Assembly: GCA_963736115.1 (NCBI GenBank)
Contig: CAVTNR010000005.1
Coordinates: 69,419 to 133,418 of the forward strand
DNA length: 64,000 nucleotides
Source: an uncultured bacterium
GTDB lineage: Bacteria > Zhuqueibacterota > QNDG01 > DTFT01
Reading direction: 5' to 3'
The notes beneath the pieces were generated by a model. The model was given only the letters and a program-made list of their open reading frames with translations, made no database searches and was not told where the DNA came from. Shown here piece after piece: positions 19,782 to 29,749 of this stretch. How positions within the stretch are numbered: the first letter of the stretch is position 1; each line of letters begins with the position of its first letter. A program made the position numbers and the translations under genes.

Positions 19782-20504
19782 ATGAAAAAGTGGACTCTGT
19801 TATTCCTGGCATTCACAGTCACGGCCGCGGCCCAGCCGCAGTTCCAGGCGGGCGGCTGTTTCTCCCTGGCTTATCCGCAGAATAATTTCAAGGAGAATGT
19901 TGACAATATCGGCATCGGCGGTACAGGCCACTTCGCCTACCGCATGGGGCGATCCCCGTTTCTGGTCGGCTTCGCCGCCGGATTCTGGATCTACGGAAGC
20001 GAGACGTATGAAACGCCGCTCACTCCCGGCGTTCCGGTCTGGGTGGACGTCACGACGACCAATTCCATCATGGCCTTCGACCTCTTCCTCCGCGTCCAGC
20101 CCCAGTCGGGCCCGGTGAGACCTTACGTGGACATCCTCGGCGGCTTCAACCTGCTGAGCACGTCCACGAGCATCGAGGACCAAGGGTGGGACGATGACGA
20201 CGACATTGCCAGCTCGAACAATTTCAACGACGCGGCCTGGGGATGGGGATTCGGCGGCGGACTGATGGTCCGCGTGTATGACGGGGTCTCCCGGGGCCGG
20301 CAGGACGGCCTGGACGCGGTCTATGTGGATCTCGGCATCCGCTCCCTGCGCGGAGGCGAGGCGGAATACCTGAAAGAAGGATCCATCGAGGCGCTGGAAA
20401 ACGGAAAGTTCAAATACGACGTCCGCCGGTCCGAAACCGACATGGTGACCTGGCATCTCGGCGTCAATTTCGACTTCACCATACACGGATCCTCCGGCCG
20501 ATGA
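19782..20504 (+). CDS. outer-membrane beta-barrel protein
   Basis: Signal peptide, amphipathic strands (VRPYVDILGG, WGWGFGGG), terminal LGVNFDF; AGGAG SD. Confidence 0.75.
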   Translation: MKKWTLLFLAFTVTAAAQPQFQAGGCFSLAYPQNNFKENVDNIGIGGTGHFAYRMGRSPFLVGFAAGFWIYGSETYETPLTPGVPVWVDVTTTNSIMAFDLFLRVQPQSGPVRPYVDILGGFNLLSTSTSIEDQGWDDDDDIASSNNFNDAAWGWGFGGGLMVRVYDGVSRGRQDGLDAVYVDLGIRSLRGGEAEYLKEGSIEALENGKFKYDVRRSETDMVTWHLGVNFDFTIHGSSGR

Positions 20505-20643
20505 CGCCGTCCGGGAACACGGTTGTTGCAGTCACAGGCTGGTCTTCTGTTGAGCGGCGGACCCATCGCGCCCGGACACCGGATGCCCGTCACCGGGTCC
20601 CGGCCGGGTATTCGCAGGCCCTATCGCGCCGGGGGACGAAGTC

Positions 20644-21654
20644 TTGAATTCCCTGGACCGCATGCGCGCCGTTCTCACGGGAAAATTGCCGGACCGGACG
20701 CCCAATTTCAACATCTGTACGTCATTCGCCGCCCGTTTCATCGGCGAACCGCTTTCCGCGTATTACTCGGATTTCCGCGTGCTCTGCGAGGCCGGTCTCG
20801 CGATGCTCGACGAATTCGGAACGGACAGCGTTCAGACCGCGTCCGATCCGTTTCGGGAAGCCTTCGACTACGGGGCTGAAATCGAATTTCCCGAAGACGG
20901 TCCGCCGGTGTGCAAACGGCCGCTGATCGACGATCCTTCCGATATCCAGCATTTGCGGCGGATGTCCACAGCCTCGGGCCGGCGCGGCTCGGACCGGCTC
21001 GAAGCAATCCGGTTCTTCCGCGAATCCGTTGGAGGCGAAGTTCCAGTGACGGGATGGGTGGAAGGGGTTCTGTCGGTAGCCGGCATTTTGAGAGGAGCGG
21101 ACCGGATGCTGGCCGATCTGACTGAAAGGCCGGATTGGGCCGCCGGATTTCTGGATTTCCTCGCGCGCGGACAGGCCGCTTTCGCTAGGGCCCAGGTGGA
21201 GGCCGGTGCCGATCTCGTCTGCGTCGGAGACGGCCTGTCGTCCCGGATTCCGCCTGATCTGTACCGCCGCTTCGTACTGCCGGGGGAAAGCCGCATTTTC
21301 AACGCAGTGCACGAAGCCGGCGGATTGGGCCGACTGCATGTCTGCGGAGACACCACCGCCCTATTGAAAGATCTGCGGGCTTCCGGAGCCGATATTCTCG
21401 ACCTGGACGCTCCCGTGTCCCTCCGGGAAGCGCGCCGGACTCTCGGGCCGGCCGCTGTTTTATGCGGCAGCATCGACACCGGTTCCGTCATGCTCAAGGG
21501 CAAGCCCGCGGATGTGCGTCAATCCGTGGAGGAGAATCTGAAGAACGGAGGCCGGGCTTTCATCAGCGCGGCCGGACGTGAAATACCCGAAGCCACTCCG
21601 CACGCGAATCTCCGGGCACAGGCCGAAACCCTCGGGTGGAAACCGGGAGAATGA
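20644..21654 (+). CDS. uroporphyrinogen decarboxylase / MtaA-CmuA family protein
   Basis: EAFDYGAEI, GWVEG, AQVEAGAD, LHVCGDT, GADILDLD. Confidence 0.85.
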   Translation: MNSLDRMRAVLTGKLPDRTPNFNICTSFAARFIGEPLSAYYSDFRVLCEAGLAMLDEFGTDSVQTASDPFREAFDYGAEIEFPEDGPPVCKRPLIDDPSDIQHLRRMSTASGRRGSDRLEAIRFFRESVGGEVPVTGWVEGVLSVAGILRGADRMLADLTERPDWAAGFLDFLARGQAAFARAQVEAGADLVCVGDGLSSRIPPDLYRRFVLPGESRIFNAVHEAGGLGRLHVCGDTTALLKDLRASGADILDLDAPVSLREARRTLGPAAVLCGSIDTGSVMLKGKPADVRQSVEENLKNGGRAFISAAGREIPEATPHANLRAQAETLGWKPGE

Positions 21655-21747
21655 TGCGCTCCCGGTTCCCGTGTCACTTACGCTCCTGGAGGTTTGGAAC
21701 CTCCCGGAGCGTTTCCTTTCACGGAACCGGACTCCAGGGGTTGAAGG

Positions 21748-22612
21748 ATGGCTAACCTTCGCATCGGCACATGCTCGTGGAAATACGATTCCTGGAAAGG
21801 ACTCGTCTATTCCGGAAAGGCCGGCGGAGACGCCCTCTCCGAATACAGCCGGCTTTTCAACACCGTCGAGATCGACCAGTGGTTCTGGTCCCTGCACGAC
21901 GCGGAGAGGATCACGCTGCCGGACCCGGCCGTGGTCCGATCATACGCCGATGCGGTTCCCGGCGACTTCCGCTTCACCGTCAAGGCGCCGAACAGCGTCA
22001 CACTCACCCATTTCCACAAAAAATCGAAATCGGATCCCCTCGTTCCGAACTCCCGTTTTCTCTCCATCCCCCTGCTCGAAGCGTTTCTGGAGCGTCTGGA
22101 TCCCATGAAAAGCCGTCTCGGCCCGATTCTCTTCCAGTTTGAATATCTCAACCGCCAGAAAATGACCGTCCCAGGCCGTGTTTCTCGAGGCCTTCGGCGC
22201 CTTCATCCGGAAATGTCCGGACGGTTACGCGTACGGCCTGGAAATCCGAAATCCGAATTACCTGAACGACAGCCTGTTTGCTTTCATGGAGAAAGAGGGG
22301 ATCATCCCGGTCCTCCTGGAGGGATATTACATGCCTCCGGTCCGGCAGATCGTGGAAGCCCAATCGCCCCACATCCGAAAATCCGTGGTGTTGAGACTGC
22401 ACGGTCCGGACCGGGAAGGGATGGAGGAAAGATCAGGGAAGAAATGGGACCGCATCGTTGTGCCGAGGGATGCGGAACTGAAGGAAATATCGAAGCTCGT
22501 GGATGGATTTCTGAATCGGGGCGTTTCCGTTTACGTGAATGTGAACAACCACTACGAGGGCTGCGCGCCGCTGACCATCGAAAAATTGAGACACCTTTTC
22601 AAAAGCGGATAA
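21748..22612 (+). CDS. DUF72 family protein, frameshift near 22168
   Basis: IGTCSWKY..WKG, FNTVEID, FRFTVKAP, LFQF; C-half EIRN, RLHG, NNHYEG is in another frame. Confidence 0.85.
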
Positions 22613-22726
22613 TCCCGGGTGTCCGTCTTTCCCTGCAAAAAAAAGTAATCCCCGAAAGACGGTTCCCTTCTGCCTGCTCCTTTAAACGATGCCCCGGGGC
22701 GATCACTTTCAAGTCTGCGGGCGCAC

Positions 22727-23083
22727 TCAGTCCACGATGAAAAGCCGCGCGCCGGATTCCGTATGGGACCGGTGGGCTTCCGCGCCGTCCGCGACCTGGT
22801 AGCTCATGCCCGGTTTCAGCACCGCTTCGGCTCCGCCCTCCAGTTCCACGGTCAGTTCACCCTCGAGGCAGAGCAGAATATGGCCCTTCGAACACCAGTG
22901 GTCGGCCTTGTATCCGGGCGAGTAGTCGACCATCCGGACCCGGATGTCTCCGAAATTCCGGGTTCGCCAGGTCGCCTGCCCCTTTTCGCCCGGATGGAGG
23001 CTTTTTTCCACTATCTCCCAGTCGGTTGTCTGGAAGGGGATATCGGTTAATCTCAAGAAGCACTCCCCGCGCCGGTCATTCAC
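22727..23083 (-). CDS. DHCW-motif cupin-fold protein
   Basis: HPGEKG, RVRMVDYSPGYKADHWCSKGH, GARLFIVD. Confidence 0.88.
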   Translation of the reverse strand: MNDRRGECFLRLTDIPFQTTDWEIVEKSLHPGEKGQATWRTRNFGDIRVRMVDYSPGYKADHWCSKGHILLCLEGELTVELEGGAEAVLKPGMSYQVADGAEAHRSHTESGARLFIVD

Positions 23084-23282
23084 GCACCGTGGTTTTCATG
23101 AAAGTCATCATCGGTCTTGCTGCCGCCAGCAATCCGACGGCCAGGTAGCAGAACCAGGGCAGGGCCGTCAGAACAGGCCACCATTTGGCGGCAAGCAGGG
23201 TGACCGTAAAAACCGCTAACTTGGTCAACCCCAGGTCCGTTAAATCGGCTTGATACCGTTTCATTTTTTCCGCAATCATCAT
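23076..23282 (-). CDS. small membrane protein
   Basis: Two hydrophobic segments; SD-like GGAGG; overlaps the next gene. Confidence 0.65.
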   Translation of the reverse strand: MMIAEKMKRYQADLTDLGLTKLAVFTVTLLAAKWWPVLTALPWFCYLAVGLLAAARPMMTFMKTTVRE

Positions 23283-23337
23283 CTTCCGCCTCCTTGGTTC
23301 CAGTCGTTCGGATGTCGCCGAATCAAGATGAATCGGA

Positions 23338-24195
23338 CTAATGCCCCCTCCCCATCTTCGACGCCTTCTCCCGTATGGCCGGAACCGCGTCTTCCATCAT
23401 AAACCGGATATCCTCGAAACGGAAAGTGCGCTCCTCGAAGGACATGGTTTTGAGCGATTTCAGAAAACGCTCCTCGAATTCATGAAAATTGGATCCGTAG
23501 ATGTGGTAGCTGTCCGCCTGATGAACATAACGGCCGAGCCGCACGTCCTGCCCCGAAATTGCCGCTATCTTTTCTCCGATAAGCGCCTGGAGGCGGATCA
23601 AGGCGAACATGTTCATGAACGCGGCCTTGTACGCGTCATTCGACCTGAACCGGACGTTCATGTTCAGGATCCAGACGCCGTCCGGGTCTTTCAGCATGCG
23701 GCACCAGACGCTCTGCAGGCACGGCGGATCATCGCAGACATCGTCCTCCCAGACCTTCCAGGTGACGGCCTGGGCGCGTCTGGAATGCGGGGTCTTCGCG
23801 AGCTTCCCGGCAATGGCCGCGATCTGGTCGATCCCGTCTTCGCGGCCCGGGACGGTATAGCGGAACAAACGCTGGTGATAAGTGTATTCCCATCGGGTGT
23901 CCTCCGGGTCTGAGGCCTGCCGTACCAGGTGATCCTTGATGCCCTCAGTCACCTCGAGCACGTATTCCTGCAGATCCTCGAGCCCGCCCGGAAAGTCCTT
24001 GTGTATCATGGGCTCGGAAAGGGGATTCCGGACCACGACGGTCATGGTGCTGTCCTTGCTCGGCGGATCGCCGGGCTTGTCGTATTCGGTCTGGACATCG
24101 CATCCCTCCGCGTGCAGGCGGACAAGGGATTTCTCCCAGGCCTCGGCCAGGCCGTCGGCTTCGACGAACAGAACGGGTATGCTTCCCTGTGTCAT
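23338..24195 (-). CDS. thymidylate synthase family protein (divergent, archaeal-like)
   Basis: YTYHQRL, SRRAQAVTW, PPCLQ catalytic Cys, FRSND, SYHIY. Confidence 0.82.
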   Translation of the reverse strand: MTQGSIPVLFVEADGLAEAWEKSLVRLHAEGCDVQTEYDKPGDPPSKDSTMTVVVRNPLSEPMIHKDFPGGLEDLQEYVLEVTEGIKDHLVRQASDPEDTRWEYTYHQRLFRYTVPGREDGIDQIAAIAGKLAKTPHSRRAQAVTWKVWEDDVCDDPPCLQSVWCRMLKDPDGVWILNMNVRFRSNDAYKAAFMNMFALIRLQALIGEKIAAISGQDVRLGRYVHQADSYHIYGSNFHEFEERFLKSLKTMSFEERTFRFEDIRFMMEDAVPAIREKASKMGRGH

Positions 24196-24237
24196 TCGTA
24201 TTTCCTCCGCTCAGTGCTCTCGTCGGCACGACCGGTT

Positions 24238-24660
24238 CTACCTGTATTTCAACACAAGCGCTTCAACCCGTCGTTTTTCTTCCACGGAATTACTCACACT
24301 CTCATGCTCCCGCGTGACCGTGCCGCCGCGGTTCGTCTCTTCCGTGGTCTCCGTCCGATCGCGGGACGCATTCACCCCGGTCGTCACCTTGCCGAAGTCG
24401 AGGATCACCACCGCGTCCGCACCCTTTTCCGCGGCCTTTTTCAGGATTGCCTGCGTGAACTTATCCGTACTGTACATGAGTTCGTCCGCGTCCGCCGTCG
24501 CCTCCATCCGGCCGATGACACGGTATTCCTTTTCAACGTCGCTTTCGGAGAAGAAAAGATCGACATGCTGAGTCGGAGGAAACGTGTCTCCCAAGTAACT
24601 GATGGACGCGCATCCGGACAGGAGAATCAGAAGGACTGGCATGAAAATCGCTCTTCTCAT
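24238..24660 (-). CDS. lipoprotein (YbjQ/heavy-metal-binding-like fold)
   Basis: Lipobox LLSGC; AAEKGADAVVI. Confidence 0.7.
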   Translation of the reverse strand: MRRAIFMPVLLILLSGCASISYLGDTFPPTQHVDLFFSESDVEKEYRVIGRMEATADADELMYSTDKFTQAILKKAAEKGADAVVILDFGKVTTGVNASRDRTETTEETNRGGTVTREHESVSNSVEEKRRVEALVLKYR

Positions 24661-24799
24661 TGAACGGTCTCCTCGGTTGGTGACAATTTTAATCGTAGTT
24701 GTTGAATGGAAGGAACACCGGTGCCCCAGTCCACAAAATACGCTTTTTGGATAAAATGTCAATCAATAAAACAGTCTCTGATGCATGCCTTCCCTGTCG

Positions 24800-25243
24800 T
24801 CAGCCTTCGGATTGCCTCGGCCGTTCCCAATCTTCGATTCCCCCCGGCCGCACACGGAAAAGGGGATGGGGATCCGGTTTGTGGATTTTCCTCCATTTCC
24901 CGTAATCCGCCGGACTCCTTTGCGCGAGCTTGCGGAGCAAGTGTTCCCATTCATAATCCAACTGTCCCTGTGTGACCGTCAGAGAACGCGTTTTCCGAAC
25001 AGGTCCTATTTTAGACCCATCGAAAGAATATCCCCTGGACATCGACTCCGCAAGAACGGCCCGGAGATACGCGGCGATGGCGGTGTTGGGACGCGCCTGC
25101 TCCTGGAACCGTTCCAGCTGGGGATGCCTGCGGTACCCGCGGGTCTCGCCTCTCAGCACGGCCTGGGCGAGCAGGGCCTCGCGCCAGAGCGCGACAAGAC
25201 CTCGGCCGTCAAGGTATTTAGGGTGCAGGGACCAGAGACGCAT
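24800..25243 (-). CDS. pyrimidine dimer DNA glycosylase / endonuclease V family
   Basis: MRLWSLHPKYLD..GLVALWREALLAQAVL, GY..HPQL. Confidence 0.9.
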   Translation of the reverse strand: MRLWSLHPKYLDGRGLVALWREALLAQAVLRGETRGYRRHPQLERFQEQARPNTAIAAYLRAVLAESMSRGYSFDGSKIGPVRKTRSLTVTQGQLDYEWEHLLRKLAQRSPADYGKWRKIHKPDPHPLFRVRPGGIEDWERPRQSEG

Positions 25244-25666
25244 TCACTGCCCGCGTCCGCGTGACCGTCCGGCCAACCTCCCTCGGGTTTTTAAAACCCG
25301 CGGGAGAGTCGAATCCGTTTTCAGCCGGTGTTCCCGTTTCTGTATCTCATCCGATAGAACGTACCACCGCTGAACCGTGTTTTCGAGGAATCGATAATGC
25401 AGAAGATAAGGGACAAGCAGAATCAGGAACAGCCCGTTCAGCAGAAGGACCGGAAGTCCGGGGCGCCACCACGCCCACACGAGTAGAACCAGGTAGAAAC
25501 ATGCGACGGTCAGTAGAACCAGCAAATGGACGAGCCGTTCGTGCTGCATGTCCCGGATCATCCGGTCATGCAATTCCTTCAGGCCGGCCCAATCCCGGAC
25601 ATCCCCTTTATCCAACAACTCCCGCACGCTGGCTTCGTGTTCTCGCATGTATCTTCGGATGTTCAT
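25244..25666 (-). CDS. hypothetical two-TM membrane protein
   Basis: MQHERLVHLLV...YLLHY.FLENTVQRWY. Confidence 0.75.
   Translation of the reverse strand: MNIRRYMREHEASVRELLDKGDVRDWAGLKELHDRMIRDMQHERLVHLLVLLTVACFYLVLLVWAWWRPGLPVLLLNGLFLILLVPYLLHYRFLENTVQRWYVLSDEIQKREHRLKTDSTLPRVLKTRGRLAGRSRGRGQ
25275..25310. repeat. REP-like palindrome
   Basis: CTCCCTCGGGTTTT-T-AAAACCCGCGGGAG near-perfect inverted repeat. Confidence 0.55.
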
Positions 25667-25805
25667 GGCGGAGGTCCTTTGAGATCGAGCTCTCAAGAGA
25701 GAGGTTGAACGTCGGTGATTTTCAGAGGCAGCCTGAAGCCCCGATGAACGGGATCAATTGATTGTAATCTTTCATTATTGAAGAGCTGCGGCTACCAATA
25801 GATTT

Positions 25806-25838
25806 AAACCCGGAACCCCAAACCCGGAACACGGAACC
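25806..25838. repeat. solo heptamer array (GTTCCGG type on minus strand) just after the TPM gene stop
   Basis: AAACCCGG-AACCCCA-AACCCGG-AACACGG-AACC. Confidence 0.65.
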
Positions 25839-25847
25839 GGATCCGTT

Positions 25848-26799
25848 TCACCAGCTCCCCGACGACCCTCCACCGCCCGAGGATCCACCGCCGCCGGAAA
25901 AGCTCGATCCGCTCGAGGAGGATCCTCCCGAACTCCAGGAACTTGAAGACCGGCCGGAAGAGAGCCTGAATCCGCCGACTGTGGCGCGGCCCTTGGTGCT
26001 CAGATCCTTTGCGGCCTTTTTATACCAGTCCGTTCTGTTCAGAAACCATTTGGCTGTCGGAAATCCCGCCAGATAGATCATCAGAATCATCAGCGTTCCC
26101 TTGAAGCCGACCACCATGATCGGAAACGAGGCCCAGAACGGGATCAGAAAGAAGAAGAGAAACCATCCGACTCCCGGCGTGATGATTCCGATAAAAGTGA
26201 AGAGCCCGATGATCCCGAAGATGAAGAACCCCATCAGAATACGCGGAATCAGCGGCAAGTCGGGGCCGCTGATGCCCGATCGGCCTCCCTCGTCCCGCGC
26301 TTCATCATCCAGCCCCTCCGGATTGCCTCCCCCCGATCACCGCCATCACCGCCCGGGCGCCTTCGGTGATGCCGCTGTCATAATCGTTGTTCTTGAACCT
26401 GGGTGTCATGACGTTCCGGATGATACGGCCGGCCTTGCCGTCGTTCAGCGATCCCTCGAGCCCGTACCCGACCTCGATGCGCATGCGCCTGTCCCGCGGC
26501 ACGACCAGGATGAGAATCCCGTTGTCCTTGTCCTTTTCTCCGAGTTTCCATTCATTGAAAACCGCGGTCGCGTATTCCTCGATTCCCTGCCCTTCAAGCG
26601 TCGGAATCGTCAGTACCGCGATCTGGTTGCCGGTTTTCTCTTCGTGCAGCCTGAGGCTGTCAGACAGGGCCTGGCGGGCAGCGTCGGACATGACACCCGC
26701 GTAATCGTTCACCCGTCCGGACAGGTACGGGATGTCGGGTCCCGCGAACGCGGCCGAGGCCGCGAGCAGGCCGGCCAATGCGACGCGTAGCGTTCTCAT
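25848..26799 (-). CDS. TPM-domain protein (YgcG-like), frameshift near 26325
   Basis: GRVNDYAG, WKLG..DKDNGILILV..DRRMRIEVGYGLEG, Gly/Ser tail FSGGGGSSGGGGSSGSW; break at a C run. Confidence 0.88.
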
Positions 26800-27455
26800 A
26801 CGCCCTCCTCCTCGATGACGGAGTCGGGCAGTTCATTCCGCCCGCGCCGGACCGGCCTGCGCTTCGGCGGGGTCAGCAGGGCAGCCGTCAGGCTCTCCAA
26901 TCCGGTTTTCAAGGCGCCTGAGACATTCCCGTGTTTCAGGATGGGCCTCATTTTTTCGATGATGAACCTGCTCTCATCCGCGGTCAGCCTGGAATGGAGC
27001 CCTTTGTCGGGAAGAAGGATCACCCGCCGCTCGAACAGGCTGACCAGAAGCAGAACGCCCCTTCTGCCCGCGGTCGCGGACAGTTCCCGCCTGAGGAAAA
27101 ACGATTCCGCGTACTGACGGACCTCCGCCCTGGAGCGCTGTTTTCCCAGGAAAAGCCGGGCGTAAGCCGGAATCAGAAGCGTGAGAACCGCCGAGATCAG
27201 GCCGGCGCCGAGAACAACCGTCATGGCCGCGGGCGGGGTCACGGGTTCAGGCCAGCCCCGCGACAGAATCTCCTTGATCAATACCGCCAGCCCGGAAACG
27301 GAAGCGGCCAGGGCAAAGGCCTTCCATGGGATTTCCGGGTACGCGTCGCTTCTCCGGATCACGGCCAGCACGATCTGACAGCCGGTCTTTTTCTCCGCGG
27401 CTGCGACCGCCCGGTTCAAGTGGGTCTGTTCGGATTCACTGAGAATGGCCTTCAT
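26796..27455 (-). CDS. TPM-domain membrane protein
   Basis: AVAAAEKKT.CQIV, GVLLLVSLFERRV..LPDKG, NELPD. Confidence 0.85.
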   Translation of the reverse strand: MKAILSESEQTHLNRAVAAAEKKTGCQIVLAVIRRSDAYPEIPWKAFALAASVSGLAVLIKEILSRGWPEPVTPPAAMTVVLGAGLISAVLTLLIPAYARLFLGKQRSRAEVRQYAESFFLRRELSATAGRRGVLLLVSLFERRVILLPDKGLHSRLTADESRFIIEKMRPILKHGNVSGALKTGLESLTAALLTPPKRRPVRRGRNELPDSVIEEEGV

Positions 27456-27578
27456 TCTTCTGTTCCCCCGATCTGTTTCATGTTCGACTCTGTACTCTCG
27501 ACTTCACGCACCGGGTTTCATGCTCTGGCCGCCGCGGCAATATTCGAAACGCGCGGGTTCTCCTCCGTACGCGGAGCG

Positions 27579-28722
27579 TCAATACCGGTAGGTCTTCCTG
27601 AAAAGCCGGATCCCGATCGCGAAATACACGATCGACAGGACCGCCATCCAGGCCAGTTCGAACCCGATCTCCGTAAAACCCGCGTTGAAGTTCAGCACCT
27701 TGTTCATCGCCCGCGTGGCCGTGGCCGTTGGCAGAATGTCGTTGAGGAACACCGGATTCCCCGCCAGGTGGAACAGCGTCATCTTCGGCAGGGGCACGAA
27801 GCAGTCGGAGAAGAACATCAGGATGAAGAACGGAAAACAGCCGACCGTGAGGAGCCCGAACATGTTGCGGACAAAACACGCAGTGATGACCCCCATGGCT
27901 GCCACGGACAGGCACGCGAGAATGCCGATCGCAGCCAGAAGGAGCATCGATCCGTCCGACCGGTACCCGACCAGCCGGGCGGCCGCCCACGTCAGGGAGA
28001 GGCTCAGCATCCCGATCAGGACCTGGTTCAGGACCAGGGCGGCCATGAACTGCCCGGAGGACAGCCTGGACAGCGAGAGGCGGAGAATGGTCTCCTTCTC
28101 GACCTCGCGGACGACGGATGCGCCGGCCGTGAACAGCATCATGATGACCGCCATGACGAGCAGTGCGGGAACGTACAGGTCGAATTCGCTCTTCGCCTGC
28201 CGGATGCCGCCCGTCTCGTACCGGATGCCGAAACGGCATGTCGATTCCCGCCTCCCCGCCCAGTCGGGAAAACGACGTGTAGTCGAGCAGAGAAGCGGCC
28301 ATAACCGTCCGGACGTTCGCCATGTCCCCGGCGCTGACCAGTTCCGGCGCGTCCCCCTTGCCCGAAGCGGCGCGCTCCCGGAAGGCCTGAGAGAAACCTT
28401 CCGGAATCGTGACGAACAGGTCGGCCTTGGCCTCCCGCAGCATGCTGCGTCCTTCATCCGCGGATTCAACGGTCCGGAGGTTCAATGCGTTTTTGCCCTC
28501 CTCCGAACGGACTTCGCGCCAGGCTTCGACAAGCCCGGCCGAAACGGACCCGCTTCCGTCCCGGTTCAGAACCGCGACCGTGTAGGTGTAGGATCCCGTG
28601 CTTCTGAAGTACAGGCTCATCAGAAACACGAAAAACGGGGCGAAGACGACGACCAGGCTCAGAATCTTCCACTCACGGAGATTCTCCCGGAACGTCTTGA
28701 CGAAATTCGGAAGGATCATCAT
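27579..28722 (-). CDS. ABC-2 transporter permease, frameshift near 28230
   Basis: N-terminal TM plus extracellular domain; FDLYVPALLVMAVIM, REVEKETILRL, six TM segments. Confidence 0.85.
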
Positions 28723-29651
28723 TCGCGCAGGCTCCTTCCGGTCATTCCGATGAATACATCCTCCAGGCTCTGTCTCCGCAGATGGAGGTCGCGCACGCGG
28801 ATCTTGCGTTCGCGAACGACGGCCAGAAGCGCCTCGACCGCCTGAAAGGCGCCGTTCCGGAGGCGTACCGTGTCCTCCGACAGGACGCGGCACCCGGCGG
28901 ACGCGGGTCCGAGAAACGGAACGAGTTCCTCCGCGACGGATCCCTCGATGCGGAGCTCGATCAAGTCCTCCCCGCCGCCCGACTTCCGGATTTCCTCGGT
29001 GGTTCCGAGCGCCAGCAGTTTTCCCCGGTCGATGATGCCGATCCGGTCGGACAGTTTCTCCGCCTCCTCCATGTCGTGCGTGGTCAGGATCACGGTGGAG
29101 CGGTTTCGCATGGATCGGATGTACTCCCGCACCAGCACCCGGCTCTGCGGGTCAAGGCCCGCCTGCGGTTCATCCAGAAACACGATTTCCGGCGAGTGGA
29201 CCAGGGCCAACGCGATGTTGAGCCTCCGGCGCATGCCGCCGGAAAGGGTCCGGGCCAGCCGGTTCCGCTTCTCCGTGAGTCCGAAGGCTTCCAGGAGCTC
29301 CCCGGTCCGGCGCCGGCTGTCGGTCGCGGACAGCCCCTGCATCCGGCCCATGTACGCGAGCTGTTCGCCGCAGGTCAGGTTTTCCCAGACCACGATGTTC
29401 TGCGGACACACGCCCACGGAAGGGACGCCGTCCCTGAAACGGATGTCCACGCGGCCTCCATCCGGTTCAAGCAGCCCGGACATCATCCGGATGGACGTGG
29501 TCTTTCCCGCTCCGTTGGGGCCCAGAAAGCCGAATATCTCGCCGCGCCGTACGTCGAAGGACAGTCCGTCCACGGCGACGGTCTCGCCGAAACGTTTGAC
29601 CAAAGAATCCACACGGACGAGAACGTCCATTCCTGCTGTCGTCTCCATCAT
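28719..29651 (-). CDS. ABC transporter ATP-binding protein
   Basis: GPNGAGKTT, LSGGMRRR, LDEP, TTH. Confidence 0.95.
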   Translation of the reverse strand: MMETTAGMDVLVRVDSLVKRFGETVAVDGLSFDVRRGEIFGFLGPNGAGKTTSIRMMSGLLEPDGGRVDIRFRDGVPSVGVCPQNIVVWENLTCGEQLAYMGRMQGLSATDSRRRTGELLEAFGLTEKRNRLARTLSGGMRRRLNIALALVHSPEIVFLDEPQAGLDPQSRVLVREYIRSMRNRSTVILTTHDMEEAEKLSDRIGIIDRGKLLALGTTEEIRKSGGGEDLIELRIEGSVAEELVPFLGPASAGCRVLSEDTVRLRNGAFQAVEALLAVVRERKIRVRDLHLRRQSLEDVFIGMTGRSLRE

Positions 29652-29749
29652 CTTCCGTTCTCCCTGATCCGTCCGGCGCGTGACCGTGGAGCCGGGCGTG
29701 ACGATCCCGGACGCCTGAGCCGGCTTCCCCTTCCGGCCGTACGCCACGG

